NCBI GenBank assembly: GCA_963826115.1
Contig: CAWGVS010000005.1
Span: 416,001 to 480,000, forward strand
Origin: an uncultured Candidatus Rokubacteria bacterium
GTDB lineage: Bacteria; Methylomirabilota; Methylomirabilia; Rokubacteriales; DASRDR01
Length of the DNA stretch: 64,000 nt
Reading direction: 5' to 3'
This document shows positions 1-9,760 of the stretch, in pieces (position 1 is the first letter of the stretch; every line of letters begins with the position of its first letter). Under the pieces are notes generated by a model. That model did not search any database, was not told the DNA's origin, and saw only the letters and a list, made by a program, of their open reading frames with translations. Made by a program: the position numbers and the translations under genes.

Positions 1-1
1 C

Positions 2-322
2 TACGTGGACGCCGACGGCAACCTTCGCGGCGGCGTCGTAAACAATCGGACGACGTTCCCGACCCAGGCTCCCATCACGTTCACGGGGTCGCTTCCGTCG
101 CGAGGCGTGACAATCAGCGGCACGACCTCGGGCACCGTCAGCATCACGGCCTGCCTTCTCTTCGGTGGCAGTGCCGGCATCAGTGAGGAGGTCCAGGTGA
201 CCGACGTCACGGGGAAGGTGTCGAACGTGCTCGCCCTCGAGGTGTCGCACCCCGCCGGCCTCCCGCAAGTGCCGCGCGGCGGTGATGACGCGGTTCGGAA
301 GTCGCTCGAGTTTTCTCAGTAG
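2..322 (+). CDS. hypothetical protein, 5'-truncated by window edge (beta-rich, possibly exported)
   Basis: Open frame from window edge to TAG at 320-322 with GC-rich third positions; followed by a hairpin. Confidence 0.6.
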   Translation, partial: YVDADGNLRGGVVNNRTTFPTQAPITFTGSLPSRGVTISGTTSGTVSITACLLFGGSAGISEEVQVTDVTGKVSNVLALEVSHPAGLPQVPRGGDDAVRKSLEFSQ

Positions 323-334
323 GGGCCGACCGGC

Positions 335-375
335 TCGCCACCACGGCGGACAGATTCCCGACGCCGTGGTGGCGA
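335..375. terminator. 14-bp perfect inverted repeat, possible terminator or stabilising hairpin
   Basis: TCGCCACCACGGCG (335-348) / CGCCGTGGTGGCGA (362-375) just after the stop codon; no U-tract. Confidence 0.45.
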
Positions 376-406
376 AGACCGCCGCCCGTTCGCTAAGCTC
401 TAGTCC

Positions 407-1108
407 GTGGACCTCACCATCGACCCGCGCTTCAACGGCCCGCCGGGATCGGGCCACGGAGGCTACGTCGCGGGCGCGCTCGCGAGTCTCCTCGAGGGGC
501 CGGCGCGCGTCAGGCTCCACCGGCCGCCGCCGCTGGGACGGAAGCTGGAGGTGCGCCGGAGCGACCGCGCGGTCACGCTCCTCGACGGCGACGCGATCGT
601 CGCGACCGGCGCGGCGGCGGCGGTCGAGCTGTCCATGCCGGACGTCGTCGGGTTCGACGAGGCGGTGGTGGCCTCGCGAGGGTATCCCGGGTTCGGTGCG
701 CATCTCTTCTCGCGCTGCTTCGCGTGCGGGCCAGACCGCCCGGCGGGCGACGGGCTCCGGATCTTCCCCGGCTCGGTGGCCGGGCGGGGCGTGGTGGCGG
801 CGCCCTGGGTGCCGGACGCGTCCCTGACGGGAGGCGGCCGCGAGGTGCGGCCGGAGTTCCTGTGGGCGGCGCTCGACTGTCCGAGCGGGTGGGCCGCGAC
901 CGACGTCACCGGACGGCCAAGCGTCCTGGGCGAGCTCGCCGCGCGGCTCGCGACTCCGGTCTTTCCGGGGGATCGCTGCGTCGTCCTCGGCTGGGCGCTG
1001 GAGGGGGGTGAGGGCCGGAAGCGCTTCGCGGCCTCAGCGATCCTCGGGGAGGACGGCGCGCCGCGCGCCGTGGCGCGGTCGACCTGGATCGCGCTCGCGC
1101 GGGACTGA
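407..1108 (+). CDS. double hotdog-fold thioesterase-like protein
   Basis: FNGPPGSGHGGY N-terminus, CFACG and WAALDCP motifs. Confidence 0.75.
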   Translation: MDLTIDPRFNGPPGSGHGGYVAGALASLLEGPARVRLHRPPPLGRKLEVRRSDRAVTLLDGDAIVATGAAAAVELSMPDVVGFDEAVVASRGYPGFGAHLFSRCFACGPDRPAGDGLRIFPGSVAGRGVVAAPWVPDASLTGGGREVRPEFLWAALDCPSGWAATDVTGRPSVLGELAARLATPVFPGDRCVVLGWALEGGEGRKRFAASAILGEDGAPRAVARSTWIALARD

Positions 1109-1167
1109 CGGCCCGGCCGCGGCCGCCCGGATGGCAGCGAGCACGCGGGTAGCGTAGGCTGGCTCCC

Positions 1168-1806
1168 GTGGTGGCGGCGCACCCTGAGCGCGATCCTCAT
1201 CCGGCCGAGGCCAAGTCCGCGCTGCGGCGGGACATCCTCGCGCGCCGGGACGCCCTGGACCCCGGGCTGCGGGCGCGGCACTCGAGGGTAGCGCTCGATC
1301 GCGTGGTGAGACTGCCGAGCTTCCGGGCGGCGCCCGTGGTCCTTGCCTACGCTTCGTTCGGGAGCGAGCTCGACACCCGCGCGCTCCTCGGCGACGTGCT
1401 GGGCGGCGGCCGGACGCTGGTCCTCCCGCGGGTCGACCGTCAGGCCCGTCGGCTCGTGCTCCACGAGGTCCGGGACCTCGCCGCCGACCTTCTCCCCGGC
1501 ACGTGGGGGATCCCGGAGCCTGCGCCCGAGCGCTGCCGACTGGTGGCGCCGGACGAGGTCAAGTTCGTTCTCGTCCCCGGCGTCGCCTTCGACCCGGATG
1601 GGGGCCGCGTCGGGTACGGCGCCGGCTACTACGACCGGCTGCTGGGGGAATGGCCGGCCCCGCTGCCGCCGCTGGCCGCGGCGGCCTTCGAGCTCCAGAT
1701 CGTTCCCGCGGTGCCGGTGCTCCCGACCGACCACCGCGTCGACCTGGTCGTCACCGAGTCCCGGACCTACGCGAAGCGTTGCCTCGAACCGACGGAGGAT
1801 CCATAG
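1168..1806 (+). CDS. fau: 5-formyltetrahydrofolate cyclo-ligase
   Basis: KSALRR, VPGVAFD..GGRVGYGAGYYDRLL and D..VDLVVTE motifs. Confidence 0.9.
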   Translation: MVAAHPERDPHPAEAKSALRRDILARRDALDPGLRARHSRVALDRVVRLPSFRAAPVVLAYASFGSELDTRALLGDVLGGGRTLVLPRVDRQARRLVLHEVRDLAADLLPGTWGIPEPAPERCRLVAPDEVKFVLVPGVAFDPDGGRVGYGAGYYDRLLGEWPAPLPPLAAAAFELQIVPAVPVLPTDHRVDLVVTESRTYAKRCLEPTEDP

Positions 1807-2619
1807 ATGGAGATCGATCTCAAGGGCAAGGTCGCAGTCGTCACCGGCGCCGGCCGCGGCATCGGGCGCGAGATCGCGGAATCCCTCGCGCGCGAGGGAG
1901 CGACCACGGTGGTCACCGACGTTCGCCAGGAGCTCCTCGATGACGTGGCCGCGGAGTGGAGGCGGCGGGGCTGGGCCGGCCGCCAGCACCTCTGCGACGT
2001 CCGGGACGGCGCCCGGACGCGGGCGGTGGCCGACGAGGTCGTGCGGGCGCTCGGCCGGATCGACGTCCTCGTGAACAACGCGGGCGTGGCGCCGGGTGGC
2101 CCCGTGGAGACGCTCAGCGAGGAGGCCTGGGACCTCAACATGGACGTGAACCTGAAGGGCACGTTCCTCATGTGCCAGGCCGTGATCCCCGCCATGAAGC
2201 GCCAGCGCGCGGGGCGGATCATCAACGCCGCGTCCTTCGCGGCGATCCTCCCCATCACCGGGTCGTCGGCATACGCCGCGTCGAAGGCGGGCGTGCACTA
2301 CTTCACGCGCGTCCTGGCGGGCGAGCTCGGCCCCTGGGGGATCACCGTGAATTGCTACGCCCCCGGCATGATCCCGACGGAGATCAACCACTTCACGGAG
2401 CAGCCCGCCGAGCGCCAGCGCCGTCTCCTCGACACGCTCACGTTCCGGCGCTGGGGCGAGGCGCGGGACGTCGCGAACCTGATCTGCTTCCTGGCCTCGG
2501 ACCTGGCCGGGTACATCACGGGGACCATGGTCGACGTGAGCGGCGGGAAGCTCGCGACCCAGATTCCGCGGCTCGCGTGGGAGGCGGCGGCCCAGGAGGG
2601 CGTGGTCACCCTCGACTGA
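1807..2619 (+). CDS. short-chain dehydrogenase/reductase (FabG-like)
   Basis: TGAGRGIG, NNAG and YAASK motifs. Confidence 0.92.
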   Translation: MEIDLKGKVAVVTGAGRGIGREIAESLAREGATTVVTDVRQELLDDVAAEWRRRGWAGRQHLCDVRDGARTRAVADEVVRALGRIDVLVNNAGVAPGGPVETLSEEAWDLNMDVNLKGTFLMCQAVIPAMKRQRAGRIINAASFAAILPITGSSAYAASKAGVHYFTRVLAGELGPWGITVNCYAPGMIPTEINHFTEQPAERQRRLLDTLTFRRWGEARDVANLICFLASDLAGYITGTMVDVSGGKLATQIPRLAWEAAAQEGVVTLD

Positions 2620-2654
2620 CGCGTTCGCCCGGGCGGACGTGCTATAGGGAGAGC

Positions 2655-3998
2655 GTGGATGACCGGGACCTCCTCGACGAGCTGGTGCGGGTCGCAACCC
2701 GCCTCGGCGCGGAGGTCCGGATCGAGCCCTTCGAGACGTCGCCCGCGCGCGGCGGCGGCCGCTGCCTCGTCGAGGGGCGCGAGCTCATCCTCCTCGACGC
2801 GCGCGCGCCGCTCAGGGACCGGGTCGGCGCGCTCGCGGCGGCGCTCGCCGGCTTCGACCTCGACGACGTCTACGTGACCCCGGAGGCCCGGGAACGAGTG
2901 GAGCGGGAGCGCGACGTCCGCATCGCGCCACGGGAGGGCGTGGCGCTCGCCCCGCTCTGCACCATGGGTGTCGGCGGGCCGGCGCGCTGGTACGTCGAGG
3001 CGCGGGACGAGGCGGGCGTGCTCGCGGCCCTCGACTGGGCGGAGCAGCGCGGGCTCCCGGTCCGCGTCATCGGCGGCGGCTCGAACCTGGTCGTCGCCGA
3101 CACGGGCGTGGACGGGCTCGTCCTCCGCGTCGCCCTCCTCGGCATCACGACGAAGGAGACGGGGGACGCCGTCGAGCTCACCGCCGCGGCCGGCGAGCCG
3201 TGGGACGACGTCGTGCGGCTCGCGGTCGAGCGCGGGTGGGCCGGCCTCGAGTGCCTGAGCGGGATTCCGGGGCTGGTCGGCGCGACGCCCATCCAGAACG
3301 TCGGCGCCTATGGCCAGGAGGTCGCGGACACCGTCTCGGCGGTGCGCGTGCTGGACCGTGCCACGCGCGCGGTGCTCTCGCTCCCGCCCGCGGCGTGCGG
3401 CTTCGGCTACCGCGACAGCGCGTTCAAGAGCCACGCGCCCGACCGCCACGTGATCCTCGGGGTCACGTACCGCCTGCGCTCGGGCGGCGCGCCCTCGATC
3501 CGCTACGCGGAGCTCGAGCGCCACCTCGCCGCGCGCGGGATCGCGACGCCGACGCTCGGGGACGTGCGGGCGAGCGTGCTCGCCGTGCGCCGCGCGAAGT
3601 CGATGGTCCTCGATCCCGGCGACCCGAACGGGCGGAGCTGCGGCTCGTTCTTCGTGAACCCGGTGGTCTCGGTGGCGGAAGCCGAGCGCATCGCCGCCGT
3701 GGCGGGCGATCCGGCGATGCCGCGGTGGCCCGAGCCGGGCGGCGAGCGCGTGAAGCTGGCGGCCGCGTGGCTCGTCGAGCGCGCCGGGTTCGCGCGCGGC
3801 CACCGCGACGGCGCCGCCGGGATCTCGACGCGCCACACGCTGGCGATCGTGGCGCACGAGGGGGCGCGGGCGGCCGACGTGGTTCGCGTCGCCCGGCGCG
3901 TCCAGACGAGCGTGCTGACCCGCTTCGGCGTGCGGCTGCACCCGGAGCCGGTCTTCTGGGGCTTCGCCAGCGTGACGGACGGTCTCCCCGAGGCGTGA
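2655..3998 (+). CDS. murB: UDP-N-acetylenolpyruvoylglucosamine reductase with extra ~85-aa N-terminal domain
   Basis: GGGSNL, GIPGLVGATPIQNVGAYG, FGYRDSAFK, SCGSFFVNP and LHPEP; GTG at 2655 follows a TATAGG box. Confidence 0.9.
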   Translation: MDDRDLLDELVRVATRLGAEVRIEPFETSPARGGGRCLVEGRELILLDARAPLRDRVGALAAALAGFDLDDVYVTPEARERVERERDVRIAPREGVALAPLCTMGVGGPARWYVEARDEAGVLAALDWAEQRGLPVRVIGGGSNLVVADTGVDGLVLRVALLGITTKETGDAVELTAAAGEPWDDVVRLAVERGWAGLECLSGIPGLVGATPIQNVGAYGQEVADTVSAVRVLDRATRAVLSLPPAACGFGYRDSAFKSHAPDRHVILGVTYRLRSGGAPSIRYAELERHLAARGIATPTLGDVRASVLAVRRAKSMVLDPGDPNGRSCGSFFVNPVVSVAEAERIAAVAGDPAMPRWPEPGGERVKLAAAWLVERAGFARGHRDGAAGISTRHTLAIVAHEGARAADVVRVARRVQTSVLTRFGVRLHPEPVFWGFASVTDGLPEA

Positions 3999-4049
3999 CA
4001 CGGCTCCCGCGGTTTGCGGGTGCCCGCCCGGTCCCGTATCGTACCCACC

Positions 4050-5066
4050 GTGCCGCGGCTCCGCGTCGGCCTCGCCTACGATCTCTTCGGCAGCTACCCC
4101 TTGCGTCCGGGCGCCCCGCCCGATGCCGAGGTCGAGTACGAGCCGGAGGCGACGGTGCTCGTCCTGGAGACGGCGCTCAGGCGTCTCGGCCACGAGCCCG
4201 TCCGGCTCGGGAACCCCCACGCCGTTCTTCAAGCGGTCGCGCAGGCGGGTACGCTCCGCGTCGACGCGGTTCTGACCATCGCCGAGGGGTACGGCCCGCG
4301 GAACCGCGAAGCGTGGGTGCCGGCCCTCTGCGAGATGGCCGGGATCCCGGCGCTCGGCTCCGACGGCCTCACCCTGACGACGACGCTCGACAAGCTCTGG
4401 GCGCATCGCGTGGTTGCCGCGGCCGGCGTGGCCGTACCCGCGCACGCGAGCCTCGATTCGGCCGAGGCGGCGGCGCGCGCCGCGTTGCCGGCCCCGTTCC
4501 CGCTCTTCGTCAAGCCGCGGTGGGAGGGGACCGCCAAGGGAATCGGCCCCACCTCGCGCGTCGAGAGCCGTGACGCCCTCGTGCGCGAGGTCGCCCGGGT
4601 CGTCGAGACGTACGCGCAGCCGGCCCTGGTCGAGGCGTTCCTGGAGGGCCCGGAGTACACCGTCACGCTGGTGGGCGATCGGCCGCCCCGGGCCCTGCCG
4701 ACGCTCCAGCGCGCGCTGGAGGTCACGACCGGGATCGGCGCCCACGCCCTCGAGCGGCACCCGCCGCCGCCCGGCGGCTGGCGCCACGTGACGCCGGGCG
4801 CGCTCGACCCCGCGCTCGAGACCGAGCTGGTGGCGCTGGGCCGGCGCGCGTTCGAGGCGCTCGAGTGCCGGGACTACGCGCGGGCGGACTTCCGCCTCGA
4901 CGGCGCCGGCCGGCCCCACTTCCTCGAGATCAACCCGCTGCCCACGTTCGCGCCCGACGGCTCGTTCGGCATCATCGCGGAGATCCTGGGGCGCGACCTC
5001 GACGACCTCCTGGCGGAGATCCTCGGGGAAGCGCTCGCCCGCCTCGACCGCGCGCCGCGCGCCTGA
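4050..5066 (+). CDS. D-alanine--D-alanine ligase-like ATP-grasp protein
   Basis: VKPRWEGTAKGI, VEAFLEGPEYTV, RDYARADFRLD and FLEINPLP; GTG start 7 nt after TATCGT. Confidence 0.85.
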   Translation: MPRLRVGLAYDLFGSYPLRPGAPPDAEVEYEPEATVLVLETALRRLGHEPVRLGNPHAVLQAVAQAGTLRVDAVLTIAEGYGPRNREAWVPALCEMAGIPALGSDGLTLTTTLDKLWAHRVVAAAGVAVPAHASLDSAEAAARAALPAPFPLFVKPRWEGTAKGIGPTSRVESRDALVREVARVVETYAQPALVEAFLEGPEYTVTLVGDRPPRALPTLQRALEVTTGIGAHALERHPPPPGGWRHVTPGALDPALETELVALGRRAFEALECRDYARADFRLDGAGRPHFLEINPLPTFAPDGSFGIIAEILGRDLDDLLAEILGEALARLDRAPRA

Positions 5067-5171
5067 CGTGCATCCCGTGAGCCCCATGGACCCGCCGCTC
5101 CGGCGGCGGTCGGCCGTCGAACCCGAGGAGCCGGTCCGTCTCCCGGACGGACGCGGCGCACGGAGGACCCG

Positions 5172-5561
5172 ATGAGCGAGCAAGCGTACCAGGACGGACT
5201 CGAGATGAAGCGCCGGCTGTTCGGCGCCGGCAAGGAGCGCCCGGTCTCCCACGGGAGCCTGGCCGACGACCTCCTGCGGCTCTCCGACGAGACCGTGTTC
5301 GGCCGCGTCTACACGCGGCCGGGCCTGGACCTCAAGACCCGGAGCATGCTGACCGTCGCGGCGCTCACCGTGCTGGGCCGCGACGACTACCTCCGGCGCC
5401 ACCTCCAGGGCGCGCTCCACGTCGGTGTCACGCCCGCCGAGATCAAGGAGATCCTGATGCAGATGGCCTTCTACGGCGGGATGCCCGTCGCGCTGAAGGC
5501 CCTCCGGATCGCCCAGGAGGAGATCACCGCCTGGGAGGCGGCCCGCGGCGCGGCGCGCTGA
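5172..5561 (+). CDS. carboxymuconolactone decarboxylase family protein
   Basis: FGRVYTRPGLDLKTRSMLTVAAL...EIKEILMQMAFYGGMP; GGAGG RBS. Confidence 0.88.
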   Translation: MSEQAYQDGLEMKRRLFGAGKERPVSHGSLADDLLRLSDETVFGRVYTRPGLDLKTRSMLTVAALTVLGRDDYLRRHLQGALHVGVTPAEIKEILMQMAFYGGMPVALKALRIAQEEITAWEAARGAAR

Positions 5562-5573
5562 GCGATCCGGCGG

Positions 5574-6779
5574 CTAGCGCCGCCGCGCGCGCCACGCGGC
5601 GAGGGCGAGGAGTGCGCCCGCGCCGGCGGCCGCGGCCGTCAGGACGCCGAGGCTGCCGAATCCCCAGCGCGCGACGAGCCAGCCGCCGAGCGCCGCCGCG
5701 CTGAGCCACCCGATGCTCGACATCGTGATGTTGAGGCCCAGGACGGCGCCGCGCACGTCTCCCGGCACCTCGGAGAGCGCCGCCATGAGCGCCGGGCGCC
5801 CCGCCGCGTTCGCGAACGAGTACGCGAAGCCGAGCGCGACGGACAGGACGATCCCGGGACGCCAGAGCATGAGCGGCAGCCCGAGCGCCCCGGTCACGAC
5901 CGAGGCGGCGGCGAACACGAGCGGGCGCGGCAGGGGCCGGTCCGCGAGCGCGCCGCCCAGGAGATTGCCCGCCAGGTTTCCGAGCGCGGCCAGCGCGAGC
6001 GCGAGCGCCAGCGCCTCCATCGTCACCCCGTACGCCGTCAGGAAGAAGGTCGCCAGGTACACCGCCACCGCCGCGAAGCAGGTGCGCTCCATCGTGCTCG
6101 CGAGGAGGAGCCCGACGATCCGCGGGCCGAAGAGGCCGCGGAGACTTGCCCGCGCCCGCCCGGCCGGGCCCCGCGCGCCGGCGCCGCCTGGGACCACGAG
6201 CCAGACGGCGGCCGCGCCGACGATCGCGGTGGTGGCCTGCGCGCCGATCGCGACGCGCCAGCCCCCGATGGCGCCGAGGAGGGTCACGAGCGGGACGGCG
6301 GCCACGAGGGACAGGGACTGGCCAGTGATGACCCAGCCGAGGGCGCGGCCGTGCTGGGCCACGGCCACGCGATCCGACACCGCCGCGAACACGGTCCCCA
6401 TGAAGCCGCCGCCGCCGGCGCCCGCGAGGAGCTGCCACAGGGCGGCCGTGCCGTAGCCGTGGGAGAGGGCGAGGCCGAGCCGGGCCGCGCCCAGCGTGAG
6501 GACGGCGGCGACGAGCACGGGCCGGCGGCCGATCCGGTCCGAGGCGGCGCCCGCCGTGACCGACACGACGCCCCAGCTGATGCTCATGAGCGCGATGAGG
6601 TTCGCCGCCGCTCCGAGAGTGACGTCGAGGTCCCGCGAGACGTCGAGGAGGAACGGCGCGAGCGCGATCGCCGAGCCGTTCACGAGGAAGGTCACGACCG
6701 AGAGCGTGACGAGCATGACCCACGGGAGCCGGGCCTCGGCCCCCGGTGCGCGGCCCTCCGGCGCACGCGAGTCGTTCAC
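5574..6779 (-). CDS. MFS transporter
   Basis: About 12 hydrophobic segments and GAASDRIGRRP motif A; start uncertain. Confidence 0.88.
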   Translation of the reverse strand: MNDSRAPEGRAPGAEARLPWVMLVTLSVVTFLVNGSAIALAPFLLDVSRDLDVTLGAAANLIALMSISWGVVSVTAGAASDRIGRRPVLVAAVLTLGAARLGLALSHGYGTAALWQLLAGAGGGGFMGTVFAAVSDRVAVAQHGRALGWVITGQSLSLVAAVPLVTLLGAIGGWRVAIGAQATTAIVGAAAVWLVVPGGAGARGPAGRARASLRGLFGPRIVGLLLASTMERTCFAAVAVYLATFFLTAYGVTMEALALALALAALGNLAGNLLGGALADRPLPRPLVFAAASVVTGALGLPLMLWRPGIVLSVALGFAYSFANAAGRPALMAALSEVPGDVRGAVLGLNITMSSIGWLSAAALGGWLVARWGFGSLGVLTAAAAGAGALLALAAWRARRR

Positions 6780-6874
6780 GCCGGGCGGTCCGCGGGACGC
6801 ACGCGTTCGATTGTAGCGTCCGCCGGCGCGGCCCGCCGGGCCGCCGCGGCCGCCCGCGTGGTACGCTCGGCGAC

Positions 6875-8308
6875 ATGACGACCACACGCGATCGCGCGCC
6901 CGTCTCCGACCGCCTCCGAGCCTTCTCCCAGGACGCGTGGGACTCGCGGATCGTTCCGACCCTCGAGGACTACGTGCGCATCCCCGCCAAGTCGCCCGGC
7001 TTCGACCGCGACTGGCAGGCCCACGGCCATCTCGACCGCGCGGTCGAGCTCGCCGCCCGCTGGGCGCGGGAGCGCCCGGTCGAGGGGCTCCAGGTCGAGG
7101 TTGTCCGGCTTCCCGGGCGGACGCCGGTCCTCCTGATGGAGGTGCCCGGCACGGTCGACGAGACGGTCCTCCTCTACGGCCACCTCGACAAGCAGCCCGA
7201 GATGGTGGGATGGAGCGAGGGTCTCGGGCCGTGGACGCCGGTCCGGCGCGGCGATCGCCTCTACGGTCGCGGCGCGGCCGACGACGGCTACGCGGCGTTC
7301 GCGGCCCTCACGGCAGTGGAGTCGCTCCAGGCCCAGGGCGTGCCGCACGCGCGCTGCGTGATCCTCGTCGAGACCTGCGAGGAGAGCGGCAGCGCGGACC
7401 TGCCCGCCTACATGGACAGCCTGAAGGCGCGCCTCGGCACGCCGGGACTCGTCATCTGCCTCGACGCCTCCTGTGGGAACTACGACCAGCTCTGGACGGC
7501 GACGTCGCTCCGGGGGCTGGTGGGCGGGGAGCTCTCCGTCGAGGTGCTCGGCGAGGGCATCCACTCGGGCGCCAGCGGCATCGTGCCCTCGAGCTTCCGG
7601 ATCCTGCGCCACCTGCTCTCGCGGCTCGAGGACGAGCGGACCGGGGAGATCCGGCCGCGCGACCTCCACGTCGAGATCCCGGCCGAGCGCGCGCAGCAGG
7701 CGAGGGAGGTCTCGCGAACGCTCGGCGACCTCGGCGCGCGGATGCCGTTCGTTCCCGGCATGCGCGCGGCGCACCCGGACCCCGAGGAGCTGCTCATCGC
7801 CCAGACGTGGCGGCCGGCGCTCGCGATCACCGGCGCCGACGGGCTCCCGCCGATCGCCGACGCCGGCAACGTCCTGCGCCCCCGCACGGCGGTGAAGATC
7901 TCGCTCCGCATCCCGCCGACCCTCGACGCCCCGGCGGCGGCGCGCCGGCTCAAGGAGCTGTTCGAGACGGATCCGCCGTACGGCGCGCGCGTCCGGTTCA
8001 CGCCCACGACGCCCAGCCCCGGCTGGGATGCGCCGCCGCTGGCCGCGTGGCTCAAGGACTCCCTCGAGCGCGCCTCGACGACGCACTTCGGCCGCCCGCC
8101 GATGTCCTCCGGCGTGGGCGGGTCGATCCCGTTCATGAGCATGCTGGGAGAGCGATTCCCCGAGGCCCAGTTCGTGATCACCGGAGTGCTCGGGCCGGGC
8201 TCCAACGCCCACGGCCCGAACGAGTTCCTCCACGTGCCGACCGGCGTGCGCGTCACCGCGTGCGTCGCCGAGATCCTCGCCGACCATCACCGCGCCGTCC
8301 GGCGCTGA
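6875..8308 (+). CDS. M20/M25/M40 family metallopeptidase (dipeptidase-like)
   Basis: LYGHLDKQP, LYGRGAADD, EESGS and SNAHGPNE motifs. Confidence 0.92.
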   Translation: MTTTRDRAPVSDRLRAFSQDAWDSRIVPTLEDYVRIPAKSPGFDRDWQAHGHLDRAVELAARWARERPVEGLQVEVVRLPGRTPVLLMEVPGTVDETVLLYGHLDKQPEMVGWSEGLGPWTPVRRGDRLYGRGAADDGYAAFAALTAVESLQAQGVPHARCVILVETCEESGSADLPAYMDSLKARLGTPGLVICLDASCGNYDQLWTATSLRGLVGGELSVEVLGEGIHSGASGIVPSSFRILRHLLSRLEDERTGEIRPRDLHVEIPAERAQQAREVSRTLGDLGARMPFVPGMRAAHPDPEELLIAQTWRPALAITGADGLPPIADAGNVLRPRTAVKISLRIPPTLDAPAAARRLKELFETDPPYGARVRFTPTTPSPGWDAPPLAAWLKDSLERASTTHFGRPPMSSGVGGSIPFMSMLGERFPEAQFVITGVLGPGSNAHGPNEFLHVPTGVRVTACVAEILADHHRAVRR

Positions 8309-8406
8309 CGGCCGGCGCCGGTGCGTACCGCCGCGGGCCCGGGCCGTCCGTCGGACCGTGCGGATTCTTTTGGCGAGCGGGGAAGGGCCGTGCGAATCTC
8401 CCTGCC

Positions 8407-8664
8407 ATGATCATTCTCGCGGTCGGGGCCGGGCTGGTGGGGGTGGCGGGATTGGGCAGCATCCTCTACAGGGGGCGCAAGGCCCGGAAGCGGGCGGCTG
8501 CCGCCGCCGCGGAGGCGGCCACTCACCCGCACTACTGCGCCGAGTGTGACGAGGAGTGGCCGCACGCCGGCCAGACCTGCCTCTATTCCTGGGCGACCGT
8601 GTGCTCGACGTGCGCGGGCGCGCTCGCGCTCGGGGCCGTCGCCCCGATGGAGTCGCGCGCCTAG
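8407..8664 (+). CDS. small membrane-anchored Cys/His-rich (zinc-finger-like) protein
   Basis: N-terminal TM helix, basic stop-transfer stretch, then HYCAEC...H...C...CSTC. Confidence 0.7.
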   Translation: MIILAVGAGLVGVAGLGSILYRGRKARKRAAAAAAEAATHPHYCAECDEEWPHAGQTCLYSWATVCSTCAGALALGAVAPMESRA

Positions 8665-9719
8665 GCGAACGTCAGCGCCCGGGCGGGGTTCTCGACGACC
8701 AGCGCCCGGACGTCGGACTCGGAGAGGCCGCGCCCCCTCAGGCGCGGCACGATCCGGCGGGGGATGTGCGCGAGCCCCGTCCCTCCGTAGCGCGTCAGCC
8801 GGATCTTGAAGCAGATGTCGTGCGACAAGAGGACCTGCCGCCCGAAGCCCTGCTCCACCAGCCACAGGACCTGCCGGATGCGCTCGGCGTCGTTCGGCAT
8901 GTCCGTCCCGCCCCACGGGAAGTGGGAGATCTCGACGCCGAACAGGTCGTATTCCACGTAGCAGCCGGTCTCGACGACGGCGCGAAGGCGCGCCAGGTCG
9001 CCCACGATCGTCCGCTCGATGTGGGCGATGACGACGCGGCGCGGATCGAGCCCCGCGCGCCGGACCTCCCCGAGGTGCGCCTCGGGCGCCTGGGGGTCGC
9101 GGCCGGGGTGGATCATGAGCGGGGCGCCCGTCTCCCGCGCCGCCAGCGCGGCCGCCCGGAGGGACTTCCGCTCCGCGGGCGCCCACGGCCACGAGCAGCC
9201 GATCTCGCCGATCAGCCCCGCCCGCACCCCGGTGTCGTCGACGCCCTCGGTGACGTCGCGGACGATCTCCCGCACGAGCGCGTCCTCGGTCGCGGCGGCG
9301 AGCCCGGGCGGGTGCGCCGGCTCGGTGTAGTAGCCCGACCCCATGATGATGTGAAGTCCCGTCGCGCGCGCGATGCGCTGGAGCCCGAGCGGGTTGCGGC
9401 CGATCCCGGCCAGGGTGGGGTCGACCAGGGTCTGGCCGCCCTCCCGCCGGAACAGGCGGGCCTCCTCGGTGGCCGCCGACTCGTCGCCGAGATGGAGGTT
9501 GTCGAGGCTCGAGAACCAGTCGTAGTTGATCTCGTACAGGTTGCCGAGCGTGACGGGGTCGTGCGGCCCGCCGGCCGCGGCGCCCGCGGGAGGCCGGTAG
9601 AGGAAGCGGAGGTCGACGAAGAGGTGCTCGTGAGGGAGCGTCAGCCCGAGAGACTCCGGCGCCACGAGGCCCAGCACCGTCTGGGCGTGGCCGGCGCGCG
9701 GCGATCGAGGGTCGGTCAT
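8661..9719 (-). CDS. phosphotriesterase-related amidohydrolase
   Basis: TLPHEHL, GLIGEIG, IHPG, AH and LLSHDICFK motifs. Confidence 0.92.
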   Translation of the reverse strand: MTDPRSPRAGHAQTVLGLVAPESLGLTLPHEHLFVDLRFLYRPPAGAAAGGPHDPVTLGNLYEINYDWFSSLDNLHLGDESAATEEARLFRREGGQTLVDPTLAGIGRNPLGLQRIARATGLHIIMGSGYYTEPAHPPGLAAATEDALVREIVRDVTEGVDDTGVRAGLIGEIGCSWPWAPAERKSLRAAALAARETGAPLMIHPGRDPQAPEAHLGEVRRAGLDPRRVVIAHIERTIVGDLARLRAVVETGCYVEYDLFGVEISHFPWGGTDMPNDAERIRQVLWLVEQGFGRQVLLSHDICFKIRLTRYGGTGLAHIPRRIVPRLRGRGLSESDVRALVVENPARALTFA

Positions 9720-9760
9720 GGGCGTTCCTGCGTGCTATCTTACCGCCGCAAGGAGGTTCC

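Noticed and set aside
1109-1167. Possible 6S RNA upstream of the 5-formyl-THF cyclo-ligase
   Set aside because: Only 59 bp available; no zapA and no long 6S-like stem
5067-5171. Two GC hairpins before the CMD gene as a riboswitch
   Set aside because: No recognisable conserved loops (e.g. no ACGR guanidine-II loops); such stems are common at high GC
463-5420. Very long antisense or alternate-frame ORFs (e.g. 463-2697, 2355-5420; also 51253-54264 and 26257-28503)
   Set aside because: Shadow ORFs expected at this GC content; Arg/Pro/Gly-rich, no motifs, and they overlap well-supported genes
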